The notes: generated by a model from the sequence alone, not told the origin. A stretch of DNA of 60,953 nt, filler included, from Circinaria calcarea (GCA_051942165.1; 12 parts of 12 records of this genome joined end to end with filler, not necessarily neighbours in it); one strand, 5' to 3'; shown: positions 35,656 to 48,117, counted from the whole stretch's first letter. Numbers and translations: made by a program.

Positions 35656-36325
35656 GCCTGAAGATCGGCAATGGCGCGCTGAAAGGATGCTCCAGCTCGT
35701 TGCTATACCGGACGATGATATGCTCTGGCAAATCCCCCCAGTACTTGAGGGCCGCCAAGGGACTGACTGGAGCTTCGACCTCCGACCTGACTGCAGTTAT
35801 TGGCTGTCTCTTAGAGCATTCAATCCGAGATATCGAGGAGGCCATTTGCGCAATGCTGCTTATGTGGTCAACAACAGGATCACATGCCCTTATTTTACAG
35901 TGGAATTCAAGAGGGATGGGGATGGGCAATCTGTGGCTATAAATCAGGTCGCTGCCGCTGGCTCTTTAGCCCTCTATAATCGTTATCGACTGAGGAATGA
36001 TGCCCTCAAGGCGTCGAAGCGGGACTGCAACTCGGACCATACAGGTCCGCTTAGGCATTACGCCTTGACGTTTGTGGGTCCACTGTTCGACGTCTGGATG
36101 CTCCAGGTTGCACCCGTTGGAGCCGACGGATGCTGGACCGGATGCACCATGAGAAGGCTCTACGGGGCGGATTGTACGGACGAGTATGGGGTAAGGGATT
36201 TGGTGGACTGGGTTAATGAGATTCACCGGTGGGGTCTATCAAGGCATGGGCCCAGCTGTGAACAAGACATCAAGACGGTTTTACGGGTTGGGGGCGTTCG
36301 GACGTCTGCTGCACAAGGGGTCTGA
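35656..36325 (+). CDS. Uncharacterised fungal protein with PD-(D/E)xK-like motif, C-terminal part
   Basis: Open frame from the contig edge with LRPDCSYWLS ... CPYFTVEFKRD ... AINQVAAAGSLALYNR ... WVNEIHRWGL. Confidence 0.75.
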
Positions 36326-38687
36326 GCAGTGTTAGCAGAAATTAATTAACATAAGCATATTACCCTTTATTTAGGCATATCCCATTAGTGGTGGTTCGAA
36401 AGTAGGTAATATTGCTCTACGCGCCTTCCGACTCATAAATCCATATATATACTCACTACTCCCTGCTTGACCAATAAACCAATTATTAATACCGCGGGGT
36501 ATATTCGAATAGATAGAAACACCTGTCCCATCCTTTCACTCTATTAATATATAAATTCCCTCCCCACAGCGTTCCTGGACCGAACTGATTATTTGCGCCA
36601 ATAAAGGGCAAAGAAACTACTACTGAGCTCTTTTTAACTTTTATTTTAATAATTACTTCGGCAGCAGCTGCGGTTCTCCACCCCCGCCCCGGCTTTTATC
36701 TCTTCTTCAGCCTTCGCTTTATGCCGCTTTTTCTTCGGTGAAGAGTCTTAACGACCATCTCAGCGACTTTCTTATTTCTCTTTTCAATAGCTTTTCTCTG
36801 CTTCTACTTCTCCGGCCTTCTTCGCTGCGTTCCCCGTAACCATTAATTAGCTTGTCGATCAGGTTTTGTATAGTTCTATTCGCGGCGGCCTTTACAGCCG
36901 CAGCTTTTTTCGCAGCTTCTTTCGCAGCTTCTTTCGCTTTTGCTGCGCCTTTTATATCCATCCAATCCTCTTGTTATTGCGTAAGCTAATCATCTCTTTT
37001 TTGAATATTTCTGTTTCGGGCATGTTTCCCCGGACGTTTAAGCAGGCTTCTTAGCTACGAGCACTTTCGCACCAACCTTTGGTTTTTGGGGAAGCTCCAA
37101 ACCGAAACTTGAGACTATTCTCTCATGGAACGCTTTTTTCCCCGCTGAATAAGTTGTCAGTTATATATAATATACGTTGATTTTCTTTCATTGTTATATA
37201 GAGGGTAAGGAGATAAGGAGGCTAGAGCTGCCATGTACTTACTTCACTCATCCTTTCCCATACCATACCATTTAACATAAAGGACCCCCCCCCCCCCCCG
37301 GGGGGGCTGTTTTTGCAGCTAGGATATAATAGGTCCGCGGTACTGTACTCCGTAACAGCCCAGGAGCAAATCATAGGGAACACAAACGCTTAGGCAAACC
37401 CCCTTTTCTTTAGACCGTGGCTTTTCCCCTTCTATCGGGCAGTTTTTATATACTTGAGTTGTGCAGGGGGGTTTTGAGTTCTGGTCTCGTTTTCGAGTTC
37501 AGAGTTACTGGAGGTTGAGAAGAGGAAGGAAGGAGGGGGGGAGGAAAGGGGTTTGGATGACTTGACGTCTCTTAGTCCTCTCATCCCGAATGGTTTTAGG
37601 GAGGCATAGAAGGCTCCCCGCTCCGCGCCCTTGAGGTAGGTAACGTCAATTTGCTTGTTTTCTAGTCGGGAATTTCTATTCAGTTCGAAAGCCCCCCGCC
37701 AATCAAGCCCTTTTTTTACGTTTTCTCTTTCTCTTCTTGGGGCTCACATGAAAAAGGCATTGCTAGAAATAGATACCGCCATTTCGAGTTGAAATTCTTT
37801 TTTCGGAGGAAAGATATTATTTTGGGTTTGCCAGCTGGTGCAGTTGTTAATATCGTAAGGCGAATATGGGCTTGAAAATTAGATCCAAATCCATCACAAA
37901 GTACGATTTAAACCGCATCCTAGTCCCTCCAATCCTTCTCCACTATTTCATCATTCGAACAGGAGTGATAATCTGGGTTTAAGGGGTTCCCGACCAGCTA
38001 TCTCTACTAGATCTGGGCGTAATCAATTAGCGAGAATGTCAAAGGGAACCTTCTCGCCAAATGGAGCTCGTCCCTGGGACCGTGATCCGTTTGATCGATT
38101 GCTATTCTCTTGAAGGGTTGGAGCGTCGGCAAGCGATTCCAATTGCGCATGTAGCGACGGTAAGCTATGCTGACCTTTAGGCGATTTTGAAGTTTGAGGC
38201 GGACTGCTTTGCATAATGTGAAGGATATAGAGTGCTCCGCTATGCTCCTAAGGTATAGGCAAAAACGCTATCGAGAAGGGGTAATGGGAGACTACATAGT
38301 GAAGAATCAGAGAGTATATAGCATGAATTGATTACTATAATATAATACACATATAGGAGAAATATCGGACCGTATTAATATTGCATTTCTAACTACTATT
38401 CTATTATGCTATACGTGTAAAAAATTATATCGAATTATATATACACACGCAGAAACGCGTATTTACGTGAATGTCATAGCTTAGTAATAGTGGGTGAAGC
38501 TATTACGGCTATGCCATAAAGGTAAAACAGAGCAGTGTCGCGCGCTGCGCGATCACTCCCTACTATAGGCTATATAGTAATGTATGGCAGGGGCCTGTAG
38601 GCCCTGATAGTAAATTATTACGCGAGTAATTAATATAATAAAATATATATAAAAATATTATTTTTCTTTTTTAGTTGGACATTATGG

Positions 38688-38875
38688 GTGAGTGTCACTA
38701 CACGACCTGTTGGTGGAACCACTATTGCATTAAAGGTTGTCTAACTAGCTACGCTCTGCGGGCAGAGATATACTGCCACTATTACGCTAAGCCCCATTGG
38801 GTGCCATGACTACAGTCATGGTAGTTAGCTATTAGGAATGCACCGTATTTCAACTTTTTTTATAATTATAAATTT
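38688..38875 (+). mobile_element. Second copy of the probable LINE 3'-end repeat
   Basis: Homologous to 15353-15545. Contains the hairpin CCATGAC-TACA-GTCATGG before GGAATGCACCGTATTTCAAC. Confidence 0.6.
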
Positions 38876-38901
38876 TTATAAATTGCGTTTATATTAGAAT
38901 A

Positions 38902-39106
38902 TGTAAGGCCGTAGAATACTTTACTTATAAAGTATCTAAAGCTAAGGTATATGGTAATGTGAGGCACGAGTAATACGATGGCTATACGCAGTATATGCGA
39001 GAACTAATCATTACAGAGGAAGAAGTATGCGAGTGAAAGGTTTTCATTATACGCCAAGACGCCAACTAAACGAGGTATCGCCACCCCCTAACCGTAGGGC
39101 CTGATA
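38902..39106 (-). mobile_element. 205-bp LTR-like element, family B, second copy
   Basis: Reverse complement aligns with 16889-17093. Confidence 0.7.
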
Positions 39107-39269
39107 TTATTTTAATATATATTATTTTATTAATAATTAATTTTTAGTCGCGGAAATCGATTCTTATAATAAATATATATTTTATAATATTAAACCCGAA
39201 ACGTTATATGAGTAAATCCAGCACCAAAAACAACCCGTTATTGAAGCCTTAAACTCCCTAAATATTATT

Positions 39270-40087
39270 TCACCCCGTAACCAATTCCCTAGCCTCCATA
39301 AATCCTCCTCCATAACCTTTCTCCATAAACTCCTCCTTCCCCACCCTCTTCTCCTCAACCCCTCCACCCAAGTCCCCTTCTCCTCCCCCACCATTCTTAC
39401 CCCACACCACCGTCCTCACCACCCTCACTTTTTTCCATACACCTCTAAAAACCCAAATCACTGTTATGGCGCGACGCCATACCCTGGCAGGCCGAGTGCC
39501 GGAACGGAGTAACCAGGAACCGGACGCTCCCAGGTGCTCCCGGGACTTGGCAGGGAGCAGTAAGAGCACGTCACATATTACGCTCCCGGTGGCTCCTAAT
39601 GATCCCAGGGAGCAAAAGGATCACTGAGGAGCATTAATATTATATAGGCAGGCTATTCCGCGTTCTTTAGAATAGCATGTTTATAGACCGTGTTTAATAT
39701 TACTTTTTAAATATTAAGCCTAGGGCAATAATTCAACTACACCGTATGTAACCGTGCTATCACCAATCGGGACCTATCATATTCCTCAATAGGCCCCAAG
39801 GATTGCAGCGCCCTTACAATCACCCCCGCAACCATCCGGCGCATCGGTCCCAACAGCAGGATATGCCCCGTATACTGCTCATAAGCCGTGTGGAGATGAG
39901 CCATGCCCATCCCCGTGACCCCGACACCGAGTGCGTAGCTGGCGGGGAAGCGGGCCAGCGGGCCGGAGAAAAGGGCGATGGGGGGGGAAGAGAGGAGGAT
40001 GGTGAGGCCGCAGAAGAATATGATGAGGCCGAGGAGGGCGAGGACGATTGGGACGCCGGTGGGGGAGGGGCAAGGGTGGTGGGGCAT
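39270..40087 (-). pseudogene. Small hydrophobic/membrane protein gene (151 aa when restored), interrupted by a solo LTR
   Basis: Removing the LTR plus one TSD fuses ..MVAGVI to WVFRGVWKK..ELVTG* in frame (456 nt). Confidence 0.65.
39462..39818 (+). mobile_element. 357-bp solo LTR, family A
   Basis: TGTTATGGCGC...GCGCCCTTACA termini, exact 5-bp TSD ATCAC (39457-39461 and 39819-39823), internal TATATA. Confidence 0.95.
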
Positions 40088-40740
40088 GGTAAGGTTTGGT
40101 TGGGGTTTTGGGTTTTGGGTTTTTAGGGGGAGGTGAGGGTTATCCCGAGGTACAATTTTATGCCCTACCCTCAGATTTTAGTGATTGACCTTCTGTTAGT
40201 GGAAGGCTAGCACTAAGGCTAGGCTATACTCATTAAATCCAGTACCGGGTGGTCAGAATGCCGCTGGTCAGTGGAATCTTCTATTATCGCAGAGGTTATT
40301 GTCGCAAAGGCCTACTGTCGCAGATATCACTGTCGTAGAGGTCACTGCCGCGAGTGGCATTGGGACTGTGGTATTGCGATACAGTAATATTTCGACAGTA
40401 ACCTATTGAAAACCGCTATTATGAACTTGACTCCGGGCCGGAGTTCTTCAGGCTAATACCCTCCTGACGATAATGTGTTATTCGGGCTATACCTCCTGAA
40501 ATTTGGGGGTGGGGTCAAAATTGTAACTTAGGGTATAAAACTGCAAATTTCAAACGTTTGGGCATAATTTGAAATTTTCTGTTCTCTATAAACCCCCCGC
40601 CTTTCCTTCACCCCTTCTCCCTAAACCCCTCCTCCATTACNNNNNNNNNNNNNNNNNNNNNNNNNNNNNNNNNNNNNNNNNNNNTTAATTAATTAANNNN
40701 NNNNNNNNNNNNNNNNNNNNNNNNNNNNNNNNNNNNNNNN

Positions 40741-41113
40741 AAATCAGACCACGTTCTACCGCCACCCGATCCGCAAGTTTGACTTTACAGAATTGGATGG
40801 GAGAGAGAAGTGGACGGCCTATAAGTTTACGAAAAACGTCTATGATAAATGGATGCCAACTCACCTCAAAAGGATACGCTCCGCTATCGACAAGATTCCG
40901 CCGGGTATAAACTTTGGGTTATCACAGGCGGCTACTTTTTCGCAAGACGGGGAGCTTCAGAGTTCCGGGCCATCAAACGCCGAGTCCTTATCTGGGTTGG
41001 TAGAGGACAACCGAGTTGTTGGCTCGCAAGAGACTACACCTGACACTTCCTTCACTCAAGAAACCGAGCGGGTATTTAAGAAGCCCAAGAATAGGAGCGT
41101 AGGGGAGTTCTGA
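40741..41113 (+). CDS. C-terminal part of a widespread uncharacterised fungal protein (DUF7924-like)
   Basis: FYRHPIRKFDFTELDGREKWTAYKFTKNVYDKWMPTHLKRIRSAID motif, open from the contig edge. Family name is from recall. Confidence 0.7.
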
Positions 41114-41672
41114 ACAATGAGAAAGGGACGAGAACTTCAAGGCTTCCGATAGTGCAGCCGGTACAGCGTGCAGTGCGCAATGCATGAACAATGCAATATG
41201 GGGCATCTACCTAGGGAGAGCTTAGACCGGTGGCCCCCTTAAGGGTCGCTGTACTCTTTTTTTGAAATAAACTTGGCAGGTTCTGCCCCGGGGGCGGCTA
41301 CCCTTTCCAAGCTCTCCAGGTGTTGCACATCACATTGCTAGCGCAGATGGTACCGGTGGTCGGACGGGTATCAGCCACCCGGGCAACATATCACATTGTG
41401 GAAGTGCAAAACATTTGGTTGTTTCTAGCCCATTTTCCCAAGTGGACTCACTGAGCCACTCAAGATTGCGAGATTCTACAATAAGCATATCAAAAGATGG
41501 AGACCTCCGCTACGGAATAACGATTTGTCAGGCCTTGTGCTACATACGGGCGCAATACAGGCTCAGCATGACTATTCTATATAGCGTTAGCGTAAAAGAC
41601 AATGAATAGGCGAACAGACGTCGTCAGACTCTTCATATTACCTTAGCATTGTCTGCATCAACTCGATCCTAT

Positions 41673-42269
41673 CTATTGCCCTATGCTTAGGAACCTGGTA
41701 TCTTCAGGAAAGCACTCATTGATCTCCTGGTGAAGGGCAATAATCAACATCCAGGTCTTTCTGACATGAGCCATTACAGTGGTCCAATCTCCCAGGACCC
41801 CGTCCGGTATCAGTCCCTTCCTGCTGAAGCCTAAGTCGTACTATCATCCTGTCAGTAAGAATGATTCTCTCCTCTTAGTACTCTGTTATCCTACCTCAGT
41901 TTTCAATTCTGCTTCCGTGGTGTCAAGCTTAGTCGTAAATTCGTTTGTCACCTCTTCCATACGGATGGCCATCTCAAGGGCCATATTCCCATACCATTTA
42001 AAACGATCTACCTTACTGGTGGGCGTGGTGATTCGAATCTCTTGTTCTTGTGTACGCGCGTGGAGCTCTCTCGCAGCTCTCGAAGTCAACTCGGCCATCG
42101 AGGTCTGATGGTCAGAAGAGATCATACATGGTCTGAACTCTGTAAGGCTTCGGAGTCTAGTCTCAAGCAGCACCTCCGGATGCCTGTATGTACTCAATGC
42201 TTTTCTGCCTGTCTCGAGCTTTTGTCTGATTTGTGCGAGGATAGCGGGCGTTGGGGTCGTTGATTCCAT
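41673..42269 (-). CDS. Small helical hypothetical protein A (180 aa), member of local paralog trio
   Basis: Exons 42269-41895 and 41840-41673, phase-0 intron GTAGGA..CTGAC..TAG. Similar to B and C. Confidence 0.7.
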
Positions 42270-42639
42270 GGCTGCAAGTACGTGCGCTGCTTTGGTGAAT
42301 GTTGGAGATTCGGGTATGGAGGTGTGGAAGCGTCCCGAAAAGTCTTGTGTCTGTTGCTATGATCAGAGGATCAAGGAGTAGACAGTGTGTGCTAAGGTTG
42401 ATCAGTATTGCCGATAGGTTCGAATTACAGGTAAAACGCTTACAGTGCTAGCAGCAAACGGTACAACTCTCAAGATGAGCTCCCAAAACACAATGTCAAC
42501 AGTTCTCTCCTTGCCCAGACCAAGAGCCAAATGGGAATCTCAAGCAAGCGGATTGTCTGAAGACTGCAGGACCAACTTGCTACTCGAAGTTGACGTAAGT
42601 CGTGACGAGTGTTGCTAGGTATGGGTACAGTTTGGAGCA

Positions 42640-42864
42640 ACAGACATACGATGCGTGTTTGTCAAAGGTCAGTCGCAACAGTCCTTCACAGGAGGATAGG
42701 AGAAGGAGTGCAATGATGGCGTTGACTCAATCTCTGTGCTTGAGGTGTCTTGAGACAGACATACAATGCGAATTTATCAAAGGTCAGTCGCAACAGTCCT
42801 TCACAGGAGGATAGGAGAAGGAGTGCAATGATGGCGGTGACTCAATCTCTCTGCTTAAGGTATC
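42640..42864. repeat. 115-bp tandem duplication (2 copies)
   Basis: ACAGACATAC..TCAAAGGTCAGTCGCAACAGTCCTTCACAGGAGGATAGGAGAAGGAGTGCAATGATGGCG starts at 42640 and 42755. Confidence 0.92.
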
Positions 42865-43242
42865 GAGCAAACATAATTTGACGGAATCAGAGGAGTGGGT
42901 CGAAAGAAAATTGTATCGTGAAGAGGTGTATAGGAAATTAGCTAACTTCTTATGTTTTCCGGAATCCCATAAACGGCTGCTAATGCTAAACCCCTATGAA
43001 GAGGCCTAATCACGCCGCAGATAATTATGCACAATTTAGGTCAAAGATGGACTTATTCGGAGAAGATAATGAAGGCAGTAAGATATCATGATGGGCTATA
43101 CAAGGTAACCACTTGTCTACATTTCTAATGGGCAGTGCGGGTCATGGATGAGTCGCACTGCTTAGAGTAGAGGATCAAAGAACCCCTTTTGCTAAACCAG
43201 GTACTGCTCCTTTGGAGTTCCATGCCTGACTCAGCTCCTCAC

Positions 43243-43824
43243 CTAGGACACATTCGAGTGAAGAATATCCAGGTCGACAAGAAAGTCATCGACCTCCCTC
43301 ATACTACACCAAAGCTCTTCCAGGGCATTCATGAACGTGAGCCATGCCTCCTCCGGTATGTCCAGGAACCACTTGGCAGGCGCTCCCATCTTCTTCTCGC
43401 TCAACTCCTTGCCTATGGTTTTCTATGGCCTAATCAGTACTTGTGGTATACCCAGAGTGCGTATTCATGCATAGCGATCGAAGCATACCATGTATTCCTT
43501 TGCATCGTCCAGCTTGCCTATAAACTCTTTTGCGATCTTTTCGACATTGGCTGCCTTTTGGGGCAACTCGGTCCAGCTATTGTGGCCGCTTGGAAGTTGC
43601 GGTTGCTTTTCCAGAAAGTTCATCCAGGACATATGCACTTGGCGTGCAGTCCTCGCGGCGTCTTCGGCCATCCAGGCAGTCTTGTCGCCCTGCCTGACAA
43701 GGTCGTTTCTAAGCTGTTGTAAAGCTCCGAACCTTTCGAGGAACGACCTTGAAGGGTCGTTCATTCTCTTTAGCAAGAGTGTGCCGTTGTTTTTGACCGC
43801 AGTGATGTTTGGTTTTGGTTGCAT
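43243..43824 (-). CDS. Small helical hypothetical protein B (171 aa), member of local paralog trio
   Basis: Exons 43824-43489 and 43422-43243, phase-0 intron GTATGC..CTGAT..TAG. Confidence 0.7.
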
Positions 43825-44550
43825 CTTTGGGTCTTGGGGGTCTTGGGGTCTTCGGAGTAGAGGCTTGTTAGAGCGGTTATCAGTTAGCCTTTTCGCTGCT
43901 TGATATGTGAAGACTTGAGAAACATGCTTATGGAATACGGAATACTCACGAGTCTGGGAGTTTGAGAGAGCTGAAGACCGGTCTTGTTAGATGGTGTGTG
44001 ACAAGCTAAAAGGGGCAGCTTGTCAGATACTATTATATATGAGACTTAGAGGACAACTCCTTCTGGTACAAGGAGACACTCACAGGTTTGTTGTTGCTTG
44101 GTGGAGGCTGGTAGGAGATGGAAAACTTGAGTCGAGGCGTGTGCAGGAAATGAGCGTGTTGGGGTACGGCTTTGTACCAGTGCGATTGTGGGAATAACGA
44201 CATCATTCATCGTCTTGCCTTACCTTAGCCCACGGAGGCCCACGACTTCTTCCCACGGAACATTTTTCTTTCTCTTAAATTCAATCACCTTGATCCTCGA
44301 GTACACTCACCCACCTCCTCTAGCCCAACCATTTCATGTACAGCTACTTCTTCCTCCATCAGCATCTAGCACTTCCTCCAGCACAACCATTACAGCTGCA
44401 GCCGCAGTTTTAACCACTTCCTCTTGCACAGTTCGCTGCAGGTACACCACCAGTCCTCTCTGCACAACCACAACTCCTCAAAGCACAACTTCCTCGAAAC
44501 CCGTAGCACACTCCATCTATACCCCGACTTACTCTCTCCTAGGAACAGCC

Positions 44551-45281
44551 ATGTCCCACCTCAGCACGGCCCACGACGACTCCCCCGCCCTAGGCTCCGA
44601 GTTGCTCGCCGCCTTCTCCCACGTCCTCAACGACCCGCTCGACCCCACCTCCCGTCGCGGCGAGACCCTCCTCCTCCTCATCCAAGACGCCTCCCTCTCC
44701 GCCAACGACCGCCTCATCGCTTCCACGGAACTAGGCCAGCGCGCCGGAACCGCGCTGTCCATAGCCTCATCCCTCAAGCGCCAGTACCGGGCTGCCGTGC
44801 GGGTGCTGGGAGCCGTCTCCTTGGATGATTTGTCCGAGCATGTGTTGCAGGAGTTCCAGACCGGGTGGTCCGTCTATTGTGAGCGGGTGGGGGATCTGGT
44901 GGCGATGGTGAGCCCGCTGAGGGAGCAGTTGGTGATGTTGATGGGAAGGGTGCGGAGGGAGGTACGCTTTGCACAGACGAGAGGAACTGCTGAAAAACAA
45001 GGCAAGAAAACATGCTGATGATAAACACTCATATATAGGTAGACAGAGGTACGCGGGTGGTGTCCCGGGGCGTCGAACTCACGGATACGGCATGGGTGGA
45101 GTTTTGGGAGACGGTGAAGGATGTGCGGGAGTGTCGGGCGCGCGTCGAGGGCGTGTTGGCTGAGGCCAGGAGGCGTCGGGAACAAGCAAGGTTAGAGGAT
45201 GGGGGTACGGAGAGTGTTGAGGAGAGGAGTAGTGATGAGGAGAGTATTGAAGAGGAGGCGGTGGCAGAGAGGATCGAGTAG
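44551..45281 (+). CDS. Small helical hypothetical protein C (217 aa), member of local paralog trio
   Basis: Exons 44551-44961 and 45039-45281, phase-0 intron GTACGC..CTGAT..TAG. GC-rich, coding-like composition. Confidence 0.75.
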
Positions 45282-46689
45282 TGCGGATAACGTCTTTCCC
45301 AGTTGGAAAAGCAACCACCCAATTCGACAGCCATAATTTCGATCGATCTTTTTGAGTCTTTTCGACCCAGCTCTTGGAAAGAAAAGCTTTTGCAGGAGAA
45401 TTTGGTGTTTTGTGGGGGTTTACCCTAGCTAACTAAGGTAAAATCGGTTCTCTTTCTGCAGCTCACGAAGGACAAGGGGAAAAGGGAAAGGAAAAGTGTC
45501 ATTTTCAGTTCGGGGTAAGACACGTTCCTATGTTTTTTTTTGTTTTTTTTAAAAACCCTCGAAATTAACACTTTTCAATCAACTGTTCGGAAATGGGGCC
45601 CCCGTTTAACAGAACCTCATCCCCGCCCTGAATGGGGTCTTTTCATGAGGTTCTCTCCGCACGAAAAGCTGGATGTGTAACCGCACATGTAGCTGCCCCC
45701 TCCCCCCCCGCCCACTCCTCTAANNNNNNNNNNNNNNNNNNNNNNNNNNNNNNNNNNNNNNNNNNNNTTAATTAATTAANNNNNNNNNNNNNNNNNNNNN
45801 NNNNNNNNNNNNNNNNNNNNNNNGGGAAGGGGGTAGGGTAGAAAAGAAAGTATATATAATCACTACTCGCAATTTGATTGGTACCTTAGCTGATCTCGGA
45901 GTCTACCTTATCAACAGGCTATCATCCCGTGTCTGAGAATGGAGAGAGAAGTTGAAGAGTCGGCGCAAGACCAATCGGGCGACGATGGGGTCTCAGGGTT
46001 GGTTAAAGCGAGGCTAGCTCTCAGGTGGAGAACGATCAAAAAATGCGACGAAGTCCACCGCCGTACCATAACCGGGCTCAGGCTTCCCTACACTCTCATG
46101 GAAGCGTTGTGTTCTTCCGCAAAGAAACATTATTCGAGCCGCATTTACTACCTGATCCTACATGATCCTACATGTTCCTCCCTCCTTACTAGTTACGCCG
46201 CTTGAAGATCTGCTACTGGAGTCGCTGCCGCTACTTGTGCCGCCTTGCGAACCCGGGGACAAGGCATTATTCCGATCGCCAGCAGACTGCGCCCGTGCTG
46301 CGAAACCCCGGGATGACATGTCACCACCACCTTTGGCCTGTCAACCATCTGGTTAATACAAGGCAAAAAAGATTAGATGGAGCTGATAGTCTTTTACCTG
46401 AGACGACTGTATCCGAGAAGAGTCAGACTTGGTCATTTGATGGGAAGGCATGTTGTTATATATGGGCCTACTGAGGAGGGTATGTGAGAGTTGATTTTCA
46501 AGACCTCGGCGGATGTAGAATGAGTAAGAAGAGTAGATTTGGGTCAAGTATCTTATATAATTACGTATGGCTAGTAAATGCCTCACACCACCATTAATAC
46601 TCGAGTTAAAAATCGGGCCTTTCGGCTGAAAGGAAATATTGGAAGCCACCCTTTAAACCCGATTAGGATTAGCGGCGTGTTGCCTTTTC

Positions 46690-47520
46690 CATAGCAGAAA
46701 AACTGCCCTCACGGTGGAAGTGACGAGGCCTTTGCCTATTCAGGCAATTGGAAATACTACTGCTACTGCCCTAATGAAATTTATTCGAAACCTCAATTCG
46801 GGTTCGGACATCATCGTTGAAGAAGATCTTGCCAATATTTTTTGGAAGATCCCGTATCTCCCCACAACTAGAGTCTTCATTCAGGACTATTGTCGCAAAA
46901 GATAGCAGTATATTATTATTCCAGAAATTCTCCTTGCCAATGGACCCGGACCTACTATGATTCGCGCTTTGCAAGAGCAAGTTTACCTTCGAACTATAGT
47001 ACAGCTCTCACTCTTTACCTGGGTCTACGACAATAATTGCCTGGCTGAAACTATTGCTGCAGCAATCCAAAGCAGACCACAATCTGATGTTGAGAACAGC
47101 AGGTGGGCTCCGAGTCAACATGGCGTTAAAGCTACGTTGAGAGCATGCGAAGAGCAAACATCAAAGTATGATCGGAGTGGACATCTACAGGCCGTTTCCG
47201 ACTTATTAGGATTAACCATACGTGAAGCCAGCATAGAGCTACCCGAGCTATGCTTCATGCCCTGTTCGATATTTTGCCCCTTATTGCAGTGTTTGCCGGA
47301 AGATCGTTTTTGCCACATCGAGGGTTGGCCGGGCGTCAGCCTTATTACTGTATGGGCACACCACGTTTTAGGATTGACGGTTCTGGTCAAAAGTCCCCGT
47401 GGCAACACACCGTTTTGGCGTGGGTAAAGAGCAGGTCTATATTGACAGCGAGCAATATAAGGCCTGCATTACACTTTTCGATTCGTCCTCAGGATCTATG
47501 GAGCCACTGTTCCTGCTAAA
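46690..47520 (+). pseudogene. Degraded gene of an uncharacterised fungal family (GSDIIVEEDLA motif)
   Basis: SGSDIIVEEDLANIF, GPGPTMIRAL, TIVQLSLFTW, CLPEDRF and ITVWAHHVLGLTVLV blocks spread over different frames with stops. Confidence 0.6.
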
Positions 47521-48117
47521 ACCAGAAAAGGATATACTTAGGTTCTGAACTGCCAAGCTAGAACTACACTGTTTACACTTTCCCCTCGACGGAATCACAT
47601 GAAAGCCTTGTGGCCTGGGGTGCCTTTAAAGGAAGGACAGGAGTTGGTTATGATGGATCGTGGCAATTCTAACTCGCAAGACTACAAGGGTCGCATTATC
47701 GAGTTCATGGAATGCGGCCTCTTCACCAAATTTGACCCACCAATCTGGTGGTCGCGTGTCCTTCTGATTTTCTGGAATCAGGACACCGCATCAAGGATTG
47801 GAGCTGGAGAAATGCCGCTTGAAATGTTTGAAACTGCGGGACCAGTCCAGAAAGTGGTGAAACTAGGATGAAAGCAACTGTTATTCATTGTATATCCTGA
47901 TCTATATATTTGATTTGAGCGCCGTTTCTGTGTATCATCGCTTTCGCTTCTGACAAGACCCGAGGGCAGGCGTAGAGTATGCTTTTGCAACCACGACACA
48001 GAGAGAGAGGAGAGAGAGAGAGGCAGGAAGGGAGGCAGGGTGAGAAAGGAGAAGGAAAAGGCGGTGGGAAGAAAGGTATTCTAAGAAAGACAGGCGACGC
48101 GTAGGAAAAGAAGACGT

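Noticed and set aside
36700..37150. KEAAKKAA-rich ORF as a pogo/Fot1 transposase C-terminus
   Set aside because: Plausible in this AT-rich region, but no DDE motif or TIRs could be identified.
40428..40458. GC hairpin ACTCCGG-G-CCGGAGT followed by CTAA|T as a Helitron 3' end
   Set aside because: Single occurrence with no matching 5' TC end or second copy visible, so it could be chance.
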